Notes: generated from the sequence alone by a model not told the origin. DNA of 64,000 nt from an uncultured Acidobacteriota bacterium (GCA_963720545.1 OY970399.1:480001-544000), one strand, 5' to 3'. Shown: positions 48,675 to 58,896, counted from the stretch's first letter. Translations and numbers: made by a program.

Positions 48675-50389
48675 TTCACGACCGCGAGTCGCGTCTGCGC
48701 GGCGGCACGGGTGGCGTCGTCGCCGAGGGCCGCCTGGTAGTGGCCGCGCGCGCCCTCGACATCGCCCGCGAGGCGCGCGATCTCGCCGAGGTTGAAGTGA
48801 GCCTGGCCGTTCTGCGGATCGACCCGCAACGCACCCGAGAACGCCTCTTGCGCCGCCTGCATCCGGCCGAGGCGCGCGAGCGCCGTCCCAAGGCCGACGA
48901 ACGCGTCGGCGCTGCGCGGACCCGCACGCGTGACGCGCTCGAAGTAAGGAATCGCGGCACGCGCGTCGCCCGAGCGCAACAGGCCGTCGGCAAGGCGCAG
49001 GTTGAGGAGCGGGTTCCGCGGATCGAGGCGCACGAGCTTGCGATAGGCGGCGAGCATCTCAGCATCATTCGCGAACGGGCCACCGGCGCGACTGATCGCG
49101 AGCGCTACGTCCACCTTGTCCTTCGGGTCGGCGCCCGAGCCGCGGCCGCCCGGCCCCTGGACGTAGCCCAGGCTGCGCAGCGCTTCCGACTCCGCCGGAT
49201 CGGCCCGCGCCAGCGCCTGGGCGTCTCCCGACTTCGCGAGGTAGTCCTCGAGGGCGCGCGACAGCCGACGCGCGGTTTCGGGTTCCGAAGCAGCGAGATC
49301 GTGCGCCTCGCCGGGATCGGCGGCGACGTCGTAAAGCTCGGGACGCGGCGCGCGAATGAACTTGTAACGGCCCTCGCGCCACGCCCGCAGGTCGCTCCAG
49401 CCGAAATCGAGGCGCGGCGCCAGCGTCTCCGCGTAGAGCGGCGTGCCCGCGGCCGCGCCACCGGGGGCGAACAGGTCGTGGCCGGGAAGCGGCCCGCCGG
49501 CGTTCGCCAGTTGCAGCAGGGTGGCGGCCAGGTCCGTAGTTGCAACCGGCCGCTCGATCACCGTGCCGGCGGGGACACCGGCGGCGCGCACCAGCAGCGG
49601 CACATGCAGCGTTGTGTCGTAGACGAACAGGCTGTGGCTCTCCTCGCGGTGCTCGCCGAAGGCCTCGCCGTGATCGGCGGTCACCGCGACGATCGAGCCG
49701 CCTTCCTGGGCGCGCGCGTCCCACGCGCGCAGCAGGCCGCCGAACGACGCATCGACCGACGCGATCTCGCCGCGGTATGGGTCGTCGCCGCGGAAGACGG
49801 CCGGCGGTTCGTAGGGATGGTGCGGATCGAAGTAGTGGACCCACAGGAACACCGGTGAGCTCTGCGCACCGAGCCACGCAAGCGCGGCGGTCGTGACGTC
49901 GGCAGCCGGCCGCTCGGCGAGTTCGAAGTGGGTGCCGCCCTGGCGCCGGAAGGCATCGTCATACGTGTCGAAGCCACGGCCCAGCCCGTAACGATGGTGC
50001 AGCGGCGCCGCGGCAACGAAGGCGCCAGTCGCATAGCCGTGCGCCTTCAATGCTTCCGCCAGAGTGCGCGGCCGCGGGCCAAGCGTGAAGACACCGTTGC
50101 CGCGCACCCCGTGCTCGGGCGGCAGCAGGCCAGTAAGCAGCGAGGCGTGCGACGGCAGCGTCACCGGCGCGGCCGCGAAGGCGTGAGCGAAGCGGGCCCC
50201 GGCGCGCGCCAGCGAGTCGAGACTTGGAGTCCGCGCGCGGCTGTCGCCGTAGGACCCCAGGCGGTCGGCGCGAAGGGTGTCGATCGTCACCAGCAGGACC
50301 GAAGGCGGGACATGCTGGGCTTGCCTCGCCGGCTTGGCATTGCACGCAGCGCCGGCCAGCAGACAGAAAAACAGTGGCGCCGGCTTCAC
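48671..50389 (-). CDS. Sulfatase-like hydrolase with C-terminal TPRs (probable lipoprotein)
   Basis: LAGAAC lipobox-like; VTIDTLRAD, TLPSH, HYFDPH, ADHGE. Confidence 0.92.
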   Translation of the reverse strand: MKPAPLFFCLLAGAACNAKPARQAQHVPPSVLLVTIDTLRADRLGSYGDSRARTPSLDSLARAGARFAHAFAAAPVTLPSHASLLTGLLPPEHGVRGNGVFTLGPRPRTLAEALKAHGYATGAFVAAAPLHHRYGLGRGFDTYDDAFRRQGGTHFELAERPAADVTTAALAWLGAQSSPVFLWVHYFDPHHPYEPPAVFRGDDPYRGEIASVDASFGGLLRAWDARAQEGGSIVAVTADHGEAFGEHREESHSLFVYDTTLHVPLLVRAAGVPAGTVIERPVATTDLAATLLQLANAGGPLPGHDLFAPGGAAAGTPLYAETLAPRLDFGWSDLRAWREGRYKFIRAPRPELYDVAADPGEAHDLAASEPETARRLSRALEDYLAKSGDAQALARADPAESEALRSLGYVQGPGGRGSGADPKDKVDVALAISRAGGPFANDAEMLAAYRKLVRLDPRNPLLNLRLADGLLRSGDARAAIPYFERVTRAGPRSADAFVGLGTALARLGRMQAAQEAFSGALRVDPQNGQAHFNLGEIARLAGDVEGARGHYQAALGDDATRAAAQTRLAVVK

Positions 50390-50402
50390 GGGGCTATGCT
50401 AC

Positions 50403-50762
50403 ATGGCGATGTTCGAGCACAAGCGGCAGCGCGTCCTCCCCACCACTCAGTTTCGCAAACGCGTCGCCAAGAGCGTGCTGCTGGCGCTTGCCATCATCGG
50501 CGGCTCGCTCCTTATCGGTGTCGTCGGCTACCGCCTGACGGAAGGCATGCCGTGGCTCGACGCCTTCCTCAACGCCTCGATGCTGATGGGCGGCATGGGG
50601 CCGGTCGGCGAGCTACACAAGAGCGCCGCCAAGGTGTTCGCCTCCCTGTTCGCCCTCTACGCCGGCCTCGTCTTCATCGTCACCGCGTCGCTGATCCTCG
50701 CGCCGCTCGTGCACCGCATGCTCCACAAGCTGCATGCCGACGCCGAAAAAGGCGGTTCGTGA
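50403..50762 (+). CDS. Small 2-TM potassium-channel-like protein (start 50403 or 50409)
   Basis: TM-EGMPWLDAFLNASMLMGGMGP-TM layout. Confidence 0.7.
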   Translation: MAMFEHKRQRVLPTTQFRKRVAKSVLLALAIIGGSLLIGVVGYRLTEGMPWLDAFLNASMLMGGMGPVGELHKSAAKVFASLFALYAGLVFIVTASLILAPLVHRMLHKLHADAEKGGS

Positions 50763-50763
50763 G

Positions 50764-52977
50764 CTAGAAGCGGTGGATGTAGCTCGCCTTCAGGAACAGG
50801 CCGCGGCGGCTCGTCTGCCACGGGCCGGTGCCGAGCGTCTGCACGGTGCCGTCCCACTCCTGGCGCTCGATCAGTGAGCCGTAGCCCGCGTAGGCGACGG
50901 TGCCGGGGAGCAGCTCCCACGAGGCCAGCAGGTCGGTGAGGACGCGGCTGCGCGAGCTGTCGTAGTTGACGATGGCGCGAAACGAGAAACGGCGGTCGAG
51001 CTGGAACGTGGTCCTGGTGTTGAGGACGTTCACGGTGAAGACGCGCTCGCCGGTGGCGCGCCGCTCGAACTCGACGCGTTCGTAGTTGAACGTCTGGTTG
51101 AGCCGCGCGGTCGGCTGGAAGCCGACCTCGGAAATGATGCGGCGCTGGTTGCCCGAGAAAGGCGACACGGGATCGTAGAAGATCGCGCGGCCGAACTCGA
51201 AGCGGTTGTTGAAGTAGAGCCAGCGCGTGATCTGCGCTTCGGTGAAGACACGAAAGCTGTTTATCGGGTAGATCTGGAACAGCCACGGCTCGCGGCCAAA
51301 CATGTAGTCGAGGCGCAGCTGCCCCTGGCGGGTCATGAAGAAGCGCACGCCGGAGACGTTGAGCCAGGTGTTGCCGCCCTGGATGCGGTCCTTGCCGAGA
51401 CGGTAGAAGGTGAAGGGCGAGACGCGCCGCAGCCACGGGTTCTCCTTCTTCGACCTCGGGTAGAGGCTCAACTGCAGGAAGCCCTGCGCCTGCGTGATGC
51501 CGACCTGGTTGACGAACGCGGTGTCCATCTGGAAGCCGCGGTCGAAGTGCTCGAGCTGGTTGTAGAAGAAGATCGTGCGGTTGCCGTACTCGTGGTACAC
51601 CTGCCCGCCAAGCCCGTCGCTGCGTGCGCCTTCGGGCGCCTCCGTCTGGGTGCCGTAGAAGGTCGCCGTCGCCTTGTGGCCGCCGCGCTTCACCGCGACA
51701 TCCGCGGCCGCGACGCGGTTGTGGGCGCTGCCGAACTCGGTGTCGGTCACGAGCCCGCCCAGGTAGCTGTCGGAGCCGAAGCTGTACTGGCCGCGCGCGA
51801 TGAAGAACCCCTTGCTGTTGCCAGGGAACGGGCTCTGCGCGTCGCTGAAGGAGCGGCCCGGCGCTTCGTCGCCGGCCGCGAGCACGGCGAAGTTCACGCG
51901 GCCCAGGGCACCCGAGGTCTTGGTGCCCCAGAGCGGATCGACGATGCGGCGGGTGTGCACCGCGGTGCGCATGATGGCGTCGCCGTTCACGCCTGCCATC
52001 TCGAAGGTGCCGAGGCCCTCCATGAAAAATGGCCTCTTCTCGGCGAAGAACAGCGGGAAGCGGTTGTTGACGTCCACCTGGAACGCGTCGCTCTCCACCT
52101 GGCTGAAGTCGGGGTTGAGCGTGCCTTCGATGGTGGCCGCGGAGGTGATTCCGTACTTCACCGACAGGCCGGCATCGGGGTCGTTGTTGGCCCGCCCGAA
52201 GCCGAGCGCCGAAGTGCGCTGCTCGCTGCGGCCGAAGGTGGCGCTCGGGATCACCTCTAGCGTCAGCGGCCGGCGCACGTCGCGCAGCGTCATCAGCGCC
52301 TGGCTGCCGAAGGTGCTGGCGCTTGCCGGAATTGCCGGCCATGAGACGGATACGCCGAGACGGCTCACCCGCCGCCAGAACAGGATGCCCATCCGCACCT
52401 GCTCGCCGCTCGTGAAGCGGACGGTGGTGAGCGGGACGCGAATCTCGACATCGTAGCCCTGGGCGGTGCGTCGGCCGGCGCTGTCCCAGACGAAGTCGGG
52501 GGCGTTGTTCTCGCCGGCGCTCGCCGAGTTGAGGATGTCGCCCTGCACGCCCAGCGGGTTGACGAACAGGTCGTACGAGCTCTGGCCGTTGCCCAGCGAA
52601 TCGAGGCTGAGACCGACCCAGTCGTCGTTGAAGAGGCCGTCGCGCCGGCTCAGCGTGCCGCGCACGCCCGCAGGTTCCGGGTCGATGCAATGGAAGGCGA
52701 AGTAGAGGTACTTGTCGTCGTAGGCGCCGCGGACTTCGGTCGTCTGCGGCAACGTGCTGCCGTTCAGCGGGTTATAGCTGAGCCACGAGACGGGGGCGAG
52801 CGGCGCGGCCTGCCAGGCGGCATCGTCGAGGTTGCCGTCGATCGCCGGCGCCGCCGCGGCGCGCGGCAGTTCGAAAAGCTCTTTCTCCGCAGCGGCCGCG
52901 GCCGTGCCTGCGACCGGCGCCAGCGCGGCACAGGTGAAAAGGAGCGCCTTGGCCACGCCGCGGGACAGAGTTCTCAT
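50764..52977 (-). CDS. CBM9-like + DUF5916 outer-membrane protein
   Basis: IDGNLDDAAW, NPDFSQVESD, EKRPFFMEG, terminal F. Confidence 0.9.
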   Translation of the reverse strand: MRTLSRGVAKALLFTCAALAPVAGTAAAAAEKELFELPRAAAAPAIDGNLDDAAWQAAPLAPVSWLSYNPLNGSTLPQTTEVRGAYDDKYLYFAFHCIDPEPAGVRGTLSRRDGLFNDDWVGLSLDSLGNGQSSYDLFVNPLGVQGDILNSASAGENNAPDFVWDSAGRRTAQGYDVEIRVPLTTVRFTSGEQVRMGILFWRRVSRLGVSVSWPAIPASASTFGSQALMTLRDVRRPLTLEVIPSATFGRSEQRTSALGFGRANNDPDAGLSVKYGITSAATIEGTLNPDFSQVESDAFQVDVNNRFPLFFAEKRPFFMEGLGTFEMAGVNGDAIMRTAVHTRRIVDPLWGTKTSGALGRVNFAVLAAGDEAPGRSFSDAQSPFPGNSKGFFIARGQYSFGSDSYLGGLVTDTEFGSAHNRVAAADVAVKRGGHKATATFYGTQTEAPEGARSDGLGGQVYHEYGNRTIFFYNQLEHFDRGFQMDTAFVNQVGITQAQGFLQLSLYPRSKKENPWLRRVSPFTFYRLGKDRIQGGNTWLNVSGVRFFMTRQGQLRLDYMFGREPWLFQIYPINSFRVFTEAQITRWLYFNNRFEFGRAIFYDPVSPFSGNQRRIISEVGFQPTARLNQTFNYERVEFERRATGERVFTVNVLNTRTTFQLDRRFSFRAIVNYDSSRSRVLTDLLASWELLPGTVAYAGYGSLIERQEWDGTVQTLGTGPWQTSRRGLFLKASYIHRF

Positions 52978-53027
52978 CCGGTATTGAGACGACGGCCGCC
53001 GCGTCCAGGTTTACCGAAAAGCCGGCG

Positions 53028-55751
53028 TCAGCGTTTGAAGAGCTTCTTGAGGCGCGCAGCCGCGTCGGCGATGCCCGTGGGCGCCGGAGTGCCCTTCCCC
53101 TTCGGCTGGGCGCCTGCCGGCGGCGGGTTTGGCGGTGGTTCGAGGGCGGCGAGGGCCGCCTTGGCGCCGGGGAGGTTCGGCTGCAGCTCGAGCGCCTTCT
53201 TCAATGACGTGGCGGCGCGCGCCTTGAGCCCGGTGAGGTGATAGACGGTGCCGAGGGCGAAATGGGCGTCGGCGTAGTTGGGGGCCTCGTCGATGACGCT
53301 TTGCAGCGTGCGCTCGGCGCGCTTGGCGCCCCCGGGCATGTGCGAGTACGCGCGGCCGAGGGCCACGAGGCCGCGGAGCCGCGACGGGCCCTGCACCCGG
53401 GGTATCGCCGACTCCAGCGGGAAGATGGCGTCGGCGAAGCGGCCCGCCGCCACCAACGACTCGCCCTCGGCGATGCGCGACTCGCCGTCCGGCTGCGCCG
53501 TCACCGCGGCGGTCGGCGGCTCGGCCTGCGCTTGCGCCGCCGCGGCCGCCGGGCGGCGCTTCTGCGGATGCAGTTGCTCGTAGGCGGCGCGGCCGGCCGC
53601 GGTCTTGAGCGAGTCGAACGCTTCTCCCAGCTTGACGAACACCGCGTTGCGCTTTTCCTTCAGGTCGAGGAGCGAGTTGGCGAGCGCCGCGTCGGGATGG
53701 AAAGTGCGCGCCAGCCGGAAGTACGCGTCCTTGATCTGCGCATCGCTGGCGCCGCGATCGACGAGCAGGATCTCGTAGTAGTCGCGCGCCTTGAGGCTCG
53801 CGAAGGCATCCTCGATCTCGCGGCGCCGCGTCTGGGTTGGCGGCGGCTCCGGCGGCGGCGCGGCCGGTTGCGGCGGCGATGCTCGCTGATATTGCTGCGG
53901 TTGCTGGTGCTGCTGCTGCCGCGGGCGCTGCGGCGGCGCCGGCTGGCGTGCCGCCGGTGGCGGCGCCGCCTGGCTCGGCGGGATCGTGTGCGCCGGCGTG
54001 TGGTGCTCCAGCACCGGCTGCGGCGGCGGCACGTAGCGAATCGACGGCCCGCCGCCCTGCGAGCGGTGGCTGCCGGTGCGCGGCATGTACTCGACCATAC
54101 CGGTGAGCAGCAGGCCGAACAGGCTGCGCTCGGAGTCCTCGGTCGGCACCGGCAGCAGCTGCACGACCTCTTTCGCCGTCATGGTGCCGTCGATGCGTGA
54201 CAGCAGGAAGGCGTCGGTGGGCGTGAGGTTCAGTTTCTGGAAGCGCAGCATCGGGTTCGTGGACAGCGTCAGCACGCGGTCGCGGCTGCCGAGCGTCTTC
54301 TGCACGAGCTCCGGATCCTGGATGCGGCGCGTCAGCTCGAGGATCATGTAGCCGGGCAGGATGCGCGACGACAGGTCTTCGTGTTCGATCGCGTCCTGTG
54401 ACATCTCCTCGAACACGTAGCTGCCGTCGGTGCGGCCGGCGACGTTCGAGAGGATCTCGCGCACATGCAGCGCCACGTGGTCCTCGAGGCGCCCGCGGTC
54501 GAGGATGCCGAGCTCGGCGAGCACCGTGCCGAGCCGCCGCCGCTGGCCGAGCACCAGCGTGGTGGCGCGGTCGAGGTCGTCCTGGCTGATGACGCCGTAG
54601 CGCACCAGCACGTCGCCCAGGCGCTCGCCCGGAACGTCGCTGCTGCCGAGCAGGATGTGGCCGCGGCCGATGCGCAGGCTGCGCAGTTCGTTCTTGTCCT
54701 TGCCGTAGACGAAGTGCAGCTGGCCGCTCTTGCCGCCGATGTAGATGTCGCGCATCAGCGCGAACAAGGGGGTCGGGTCGCCCGTGGGCTGCGGCAGCAC
54801 CAGCGGCGTGACCGGTCGCGGCGTCGGCGTGCGCGGCGCCCGCATCGAACCGGGCATGATGGTCGCGGCTTCCGGCATCGCCGCCGCCACCGCGGTCGCG
54901 GCCTGGTAGCCGGGCAGGTTGCGCAGCGCCGTTGCGAACTCCGCGGTCGTCTGGTAGCGCTGGTCGGGATTGCGCGCCAGTGCCTTGGTGATGACCGGCA
55001 GCACGCTCTGCGAGTCGGGATCGGCGGCGAGCTCGAACTTCGGCTCTTCGTTGATGATCTTGTAGAGCGTCGACAGCACGCTCTCGGCCTGGAACAGACG
55101 CCGCCCGGTCATCAGCTCGTAGAGCACGGTGCCGGTCGAGAAGACGTCGCTGCGGCCGTCGGCGAGCTGGCCCCTCACCTGCTCGGGCGACATGTAGTAC
55201 GCGGTTCCCACCACGGTGCCGACGCCGGTGGCCGACGCGGTCGTGAGCCGCGCCACGCCGAAGTCCATGATCTTCACCGTGCCGTCCTCGGTGAGGAAGA
55301 TGTTCGCGGGCTTGACGTCGCGGTGAACGATGCCGACGGTGTGCGCGTGACCCAGGCCCTCGAGCGCCTGCAGCATGATGTCGATCTTCTGGCGAAACGG
55401 CGGCTCCGGCCCGTCGCGCATCAGCTGGAAGAGGTCGCGCCCCTGCAGGAACTCCATCGCGATGTACGGCGAGCCGTCGGTGTGGTAGCCGAGGTCGAAG
55501 ATGCCGACCACGTTCGGGTGGCTCATGCGCGCGACCGCGCGCGCCTCGCGCTCGAAGCGGTGCTTCTGCTCCGGGTCCTCGGCGGCTTGCGGCAGCATGA
55601 CCTTGAGCGCCACGTTGCGCTCGAGGAACGGGTCGTTCGCCTGGTAGACGGCGCCCATGGCACCCTTGCCGACCCGGCGCACGATGTCGTACTTCCCGAT
55701 GCGGCCGGAAATCTCCCCGAGATCGGCCGCCGGGTGAGGGTTATCGCTCAA
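53028..55751 (-). CDS. Hanks-type Ser/Thr kinase fused to DUF4388-like, J-domain and TPR regions
   Basis: GKGAMG, VALK, HRDVKPAN, DFG, YMSPEQ; RLGDVLVRYG; YYEIL...IKDAYFRLARTFHPD; TPR tail. Confidence 0.9.
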   Translation of the reverse strand: MSDNPHPAADLGEISGRIGKYDIVRRVGKGAMGAVYQANDPFLERNVALKVMLPQAAEDPEQKHRFEREARAVARMSHPNVVGIFDLGYHTDGSPYIAMEFLQGRDLFQLMRDGPEPPFRQKIDIMLQALEGLGHAHTVGIVHRDVKPANIFLTEDGTVKIMDFGVARLTTASATGVGTVVGTAYYMSPEQVRGQLADGRSDVFSTGTVLYELMTGRRLFQAESVLSTLYKIINEEPKFELAADPDSQSVLPVITKALARNPDQRYQTTAEFATALRNLPGYQAATAVAAAMPEAATIMPGSMRAPRTPTPRPVTPLVLPQPTGDPTPLFALMRDIYIGGKSGQLHFVYGKDKNELRSLRIGRGHILLGSSDVPGERLGDVLVRYGVISQDDLDRATTLVLGQRRRLGTVLAELGILDRGRLEDHVALHVREILSNVAGRTDGSYVFEEMSQDAIEHEDLSSRILPGYMILELTRRIQDPELVQKTLGSRDRVLTLSTNPMLRFQKLNLTPTDAFLLSRIDGTMTAKEVVQLLPVPTEDSERSLFGLLLTGMVEYMPRTGSHRSQGGGPSIRYVPPPQPVLEHHTPAHTIPPSQAAPPPAARQPAPPQRPRQQQHQQPQQYQRASPPQPAAPPPEPPPTQTRRREIEDAFASLKARDYYEILLVDRGASDAQIKDAYFRLARTFHPDAALANSLLDLKEKRNAVFVKLGEAFDSLKTAAGRAAYEQLHPQKRRPAAAAAQAQAEPPTAAVTAQPDGESRIAEGESLVAAGRFADAIFPLESAIPRVQGPSRLRGLVALGRAYSHMPGGAKRAERTLQSVIDEAPNYADAHFALGTVYHLTGLKARAATSLKKALELQPNLPGAKAALAALEPPPNPPPAGAQPKGKGTPAPTGIADAAARLKKLFKR

Positions 55752-55817
55752 CCAATGTCCTTTGCGGCGTAGTGTAATCGACCTTCCGGTTCGACCCTTG
55801 TGCTAGCCTGCGCGGCG

Positions 55818-57185
55818 ATGAATTGCCCGTTTCGCCGGTCGGTCGCGGCGGCTGCCGCCATCGCGATTTCCCTTGGCGCGGCGCGCCTTTTCGCGGCACC
55901 GCCGGCGCCGGCCCCGGTGGCGCGCGCCACGCTGGCACTGGTCGGCGGACAGGTGATCGACGGTTACGAAGGGCCACCCATCCACGACGGGGTCGTGCTC
56001 ATCGGCGGTGAGCGCATCCTCGCGGTCGGCAAGCGCGGCGAGGTCGATGTCCCCGAGGGCGTCAAGGTCATCGACACCCGCGGCATGAGCGTCCTGCCCG
56101 GGCTCATGGACATGCACGTGCACTTGATGCTCCTCGGCCACGCCGACTACGAGCACTGGGACCACACCTACATGCAGCGCTTCCGCAACGAGATCATGCC
56201 GATCGCCGCGCGCCAGCTGCTGATGGCCGGGGTCACCACGGTGCGCGACCTGGGCGCGCCGCTCGAGGACATCCTGGCGGTGCGCGAGCGCATCGCGAAG
56301 GGCGAGATTCCCGGGCCGCGGGTCTTTGCCTCCGGACCCTTCATCCAGAAGGCGCCGTACTTCGAGTACGAGAAGTTCGTGCGCTGGGGCGTGGACGGCG
56401 CCGACGACGCGCGCGCCAAGGTGCAGAAGATCATCGACGCGGGCGTCGACTTCATCAAGCTCATCGACCAGGACCAGATGACCGAGGCCGAAGTGGCCGC
56501 GGTGGTCGAAACCGCGCACAAGGCCGGCAAGCAGGTGATCGCGCACGCGCATCGCGAAGACGAGATCCGCATCGGCCTGAAGTATGGCGTGGACGGGTTC
56601 GAGCACACCGGGCTCGCCACCTCGCCGGGCTATCCGGAGGACATCCTGGCCGGGCTGCGCAAGCGCAACAACACGCTCTTCTGGTGCCCGACCGTCGAGG
56701 GCCTGCTGCTCGCCGAATACACCGCACGCACCTTCCCCGAGCGCCTCGACGACCCCGACTGGCAGAAGGACATGCCGCGCGAGATCGCCACCGACATCCG
56801 CCGCTCGCTAGACAACATCACGGCGCTCGACTACTTCACGCTCACCTTCCGCCGCCTGCCGACGCTGAAACAGAAGTTCCAGCAGCTGCGCGACACCGGC
56901 GTCACGCTGATGGTCGGCACCGACAGCGGCATCCCCGGCAACTTCAACAACGATTCCACCTGGCGCGAGCTCGACACCTGGGTGAAGTTCGGGATGACAC
57001 CGATGCAGGCGATCGCCGGAGCGACGCGCTGGCCGGCGCGCTTCCTGCGTAGGGACAAGGAGCTCGGCACCCTGCGGACCGGCGCCTATGCCGACGTCAT
57101 CGCCGTGAAGGGCGACGTGCTCGCGAACATCGGCCTGCTGCAGCGCGTGGACGTGGTGGTGAAGAACGGCGCGCGAGTGAAGTAG
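55818..57185 (+). CDS. Exported metal-dependent amidohydrolase
   Basis: PGLMDMHVH, GVTTVRDLG, FEH, GTDSG. Confidence 0.92.
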   Translation: MNCPFRRSVAAAAAIAISLGAARLFAAPPAPAPVARATLALVGGQVIDGYEGPPIHDGVVLIGGERILAVGKRGEVDVPEGVKVIDTRGMSVLPGLMDMHVHLMLLGHADYEHWDHTYMQRFRNEIMPIAARQLLMAGVTTVRDLGAPLEDILAVRERIAKGEIPGPRVFASGPFIQKAPYFEYEKFVRWGVDGADDARAKVQKIIDAGVDFIKLIDQDQMTEAEVAAVVETAHKAGKQVIAHAHREDEIRIGLKYGVDGFEHTGLATSPGYPEDILAGLRKRNNTLFWCPTVEGLLLAEYTARTFPERLDDPDWQKDMPREIATDIRRSLDNITALDYFTLTFRRLPTLKQKFQQLRDTGVTLMVGTDSGIPGNFNNDSTWRELDTWVKFGMTPMQAIAGATRWPARFLRRDKELGTLRTGAYADVIAVKGDVLANIGLLQRVDVVVKNGARVK

Positions 57186-57187
57186 CG

Positions 57188-57451
57188 ATGGGCAACTTCA
57201 TGGGCGGCAGCGCGCCGGCGATGGCGGGACAGATCGCCGAGGGCTTCATCCTGCTGAGCGCGCAGACACTGAAGGGCTACCAGCCGGGCGAGCTGCAGCT
57301 GCTGCGCGGCGAGCTCGACAAGCACCTGCGCGAGGTGCGCGCCACCATCACGCCGCCCGACGACGCGCTCGCCGCCGCGGCCCGCAACCGCAAGATCGCA
57401 AGGATCAGCTCCGCGCTGCAGGTGGTGCTGAACCAGATCAACACGCGTTGA
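57188..57451 (+). CDS. Small helical hypothetical protein
   Basis: Tightly coupled to both neighbours; host-like codon usage. Confidence 0.7.
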   Translation: MGNFMGGSAPAMAGQIAEGFILLSAQTLKGYQPGELQLLRGELDKHLREVRATITPPDDALAAAARNRKIARISSALQVVLNQINTR

Positions 57452-58896
57452 AGCTGACGCCGGCGGCGATCGCCGTCCTCCTCAGCTACGTGCTCGCGAT
57501 CACCGCGTTTGGCACCTGGCTCGGCCGCCGCCAGCGCTCGGTGCGCGACTACTTCCTCGCCGGCCGCTCGGTGCCGTGGTGGGCCATCGCCGCGTGCGTG
57601 GTGGCGACCGAGACCAGCACCCTCACCTTCATCGGCATTCCCGGCACCGCGTATCTCGGCAACTGGAAGTTCCTGCAGCTCGCGTTCGGCTACATCGTGG
57701 CGCGTTTCATCATCGCCGGGCTGTTCCTGCCCGCCTACTTCCGCGGCGACCTCTACACCTCCTACGAGCTCCTCGACCGCCGCTTCGGCACGCCCGTGCG
57801 CGCCACGTCCGCGGGCATCTTCCTGCTCTACCGCACGCTCGGCGACGGCATTCGCCTGCACGCGGCAGCGCTGGTGCTGTCGATCGCCGCCGGCGTGCCC
57901 GAGTGGTGGTGCATTGCCGTGCTGGGCATCGCGATGATCCTCTACACCGAGGAGGGCGGCGTCAGCGCCACCATCTGGACCGACACCATCCAGATGTTCG
58001 TCTACCTCGCGGGCGCGCTCGTGTGCCTGGTGGCGGTGATCCACGCGCTGCCGGTGTCCTTTGGCACCGCCATGCAAACGGCGAGCGCCGCCGGCAAGAC
58101 TCAGGTGTTCGACTTTTCCTTCGACCTGCGCCAGCCGTACACCTTCTGGGCCGGCCTGCTTGGCGGCGCGTTCCTGGCGCTCGCCACCCACGGCACCGAC
58201 CACTACCTGGTGCAGCGCATGCTGGTCGCGAAGAGCCAGCGCGACGCGGCCGCCGGCATCATCGCCTCGGGCTTCCTGGTGTGCGCGCAGTTCGTGCTGT
58301 TCCTGGCGCTCGGCGCGCTCTTCTGGGTGTACTACGGCGGCAAGGCGTTTGCCCGCGGCGACCTGGTGCTGCCGACCTTCGTCACCGAGACGCTGCCGGG
58401 GCCGTGGGTGGGCTTCATCCTCGCCGCCATCGTCGCCGCAGCGCTCTCGCCCTCGCTCAACTCGATGGCGTCCGCCACGCTGCGCGATTTCTACCTGCCG
58501 TATTTTCGCCCGCAGGCGGACGAGCCGACACAGATGCGGGTGGCGCGCGCCTTCACCGTCTTCTGGGGCGTCTGTCAGATCGCCGTCGCGATCGCGGCGC
58601 AGCAGGTGCCGTCGGCGCTCGAGGCCGGGCTCGCGACGCTCGGTTATGCGTCGGGTCCCACCGTCGGCGCCTTCCTGCTGTGCCTGCTCACCACCCGCGC
58701 CACCACCTCGGGCACCCTCGTCGGCATGCTCGGCGGGCTGCTCATCAGCTTGTCCACCGGACTGCTGGCGCCGTGGATCATCGGCGCTCCCGGCGTCGCC
58801 TGGACCTGGAACGTGCTGGTCGGCGCCGTGATGACCTACGCGATCGGCCTGCTGGCGAGCGGCCGGCCCGTGCCCGGCCGGACCCTGACTCAATAG
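57448..58896 (+). CDS. Sodium:solute symporter family transporter
   Basis: DYFLAGRSVPWW, ATETSTLTF, IWTD, VQRML, LNSMAS. Confidence 0.93.
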   Translation: MKLTPAAIAVLLSYVLAITAFGTWLGRRQRSVRDYFLAGRSVPWWAIAACVVATETSTLTFIGIPGTAYLGNWKFLQLAFGYIVARFIIAGLFLPAYFRGDLYTSYELLDRRFGTPVRATSAGIFLLYRTLGDGIRLHAAALVLSIAAGVPEWWCIAVLGIAMILYTEEGGVSATIWTDTIQMFVYLAGALVCLVAVIHALPVSFGTAMQTASAAGKTQVFDFSFDLRQPYTFWAGLLGGAFLALATHGTDHYLVQRMLVAKSQRDAAAGIIASGFLVCAQFVLFLALGALFWVYYGGKAFARGDLVLPTFVTETLPGPWVGFILAAIVAAALSPSLNSMASATLRDFYLPYFRPQADEPTQMRVARAFTVFWGVCQIAVAIAAQQVPSALEAGLATLGYASGPTVGAFLLCLLTTRATTSGTLVGMLGGLLISLSTGLLAPWIIGAPGVAWTWNVLVGAVMTYAIGLLASGRPVPGRTLTQ

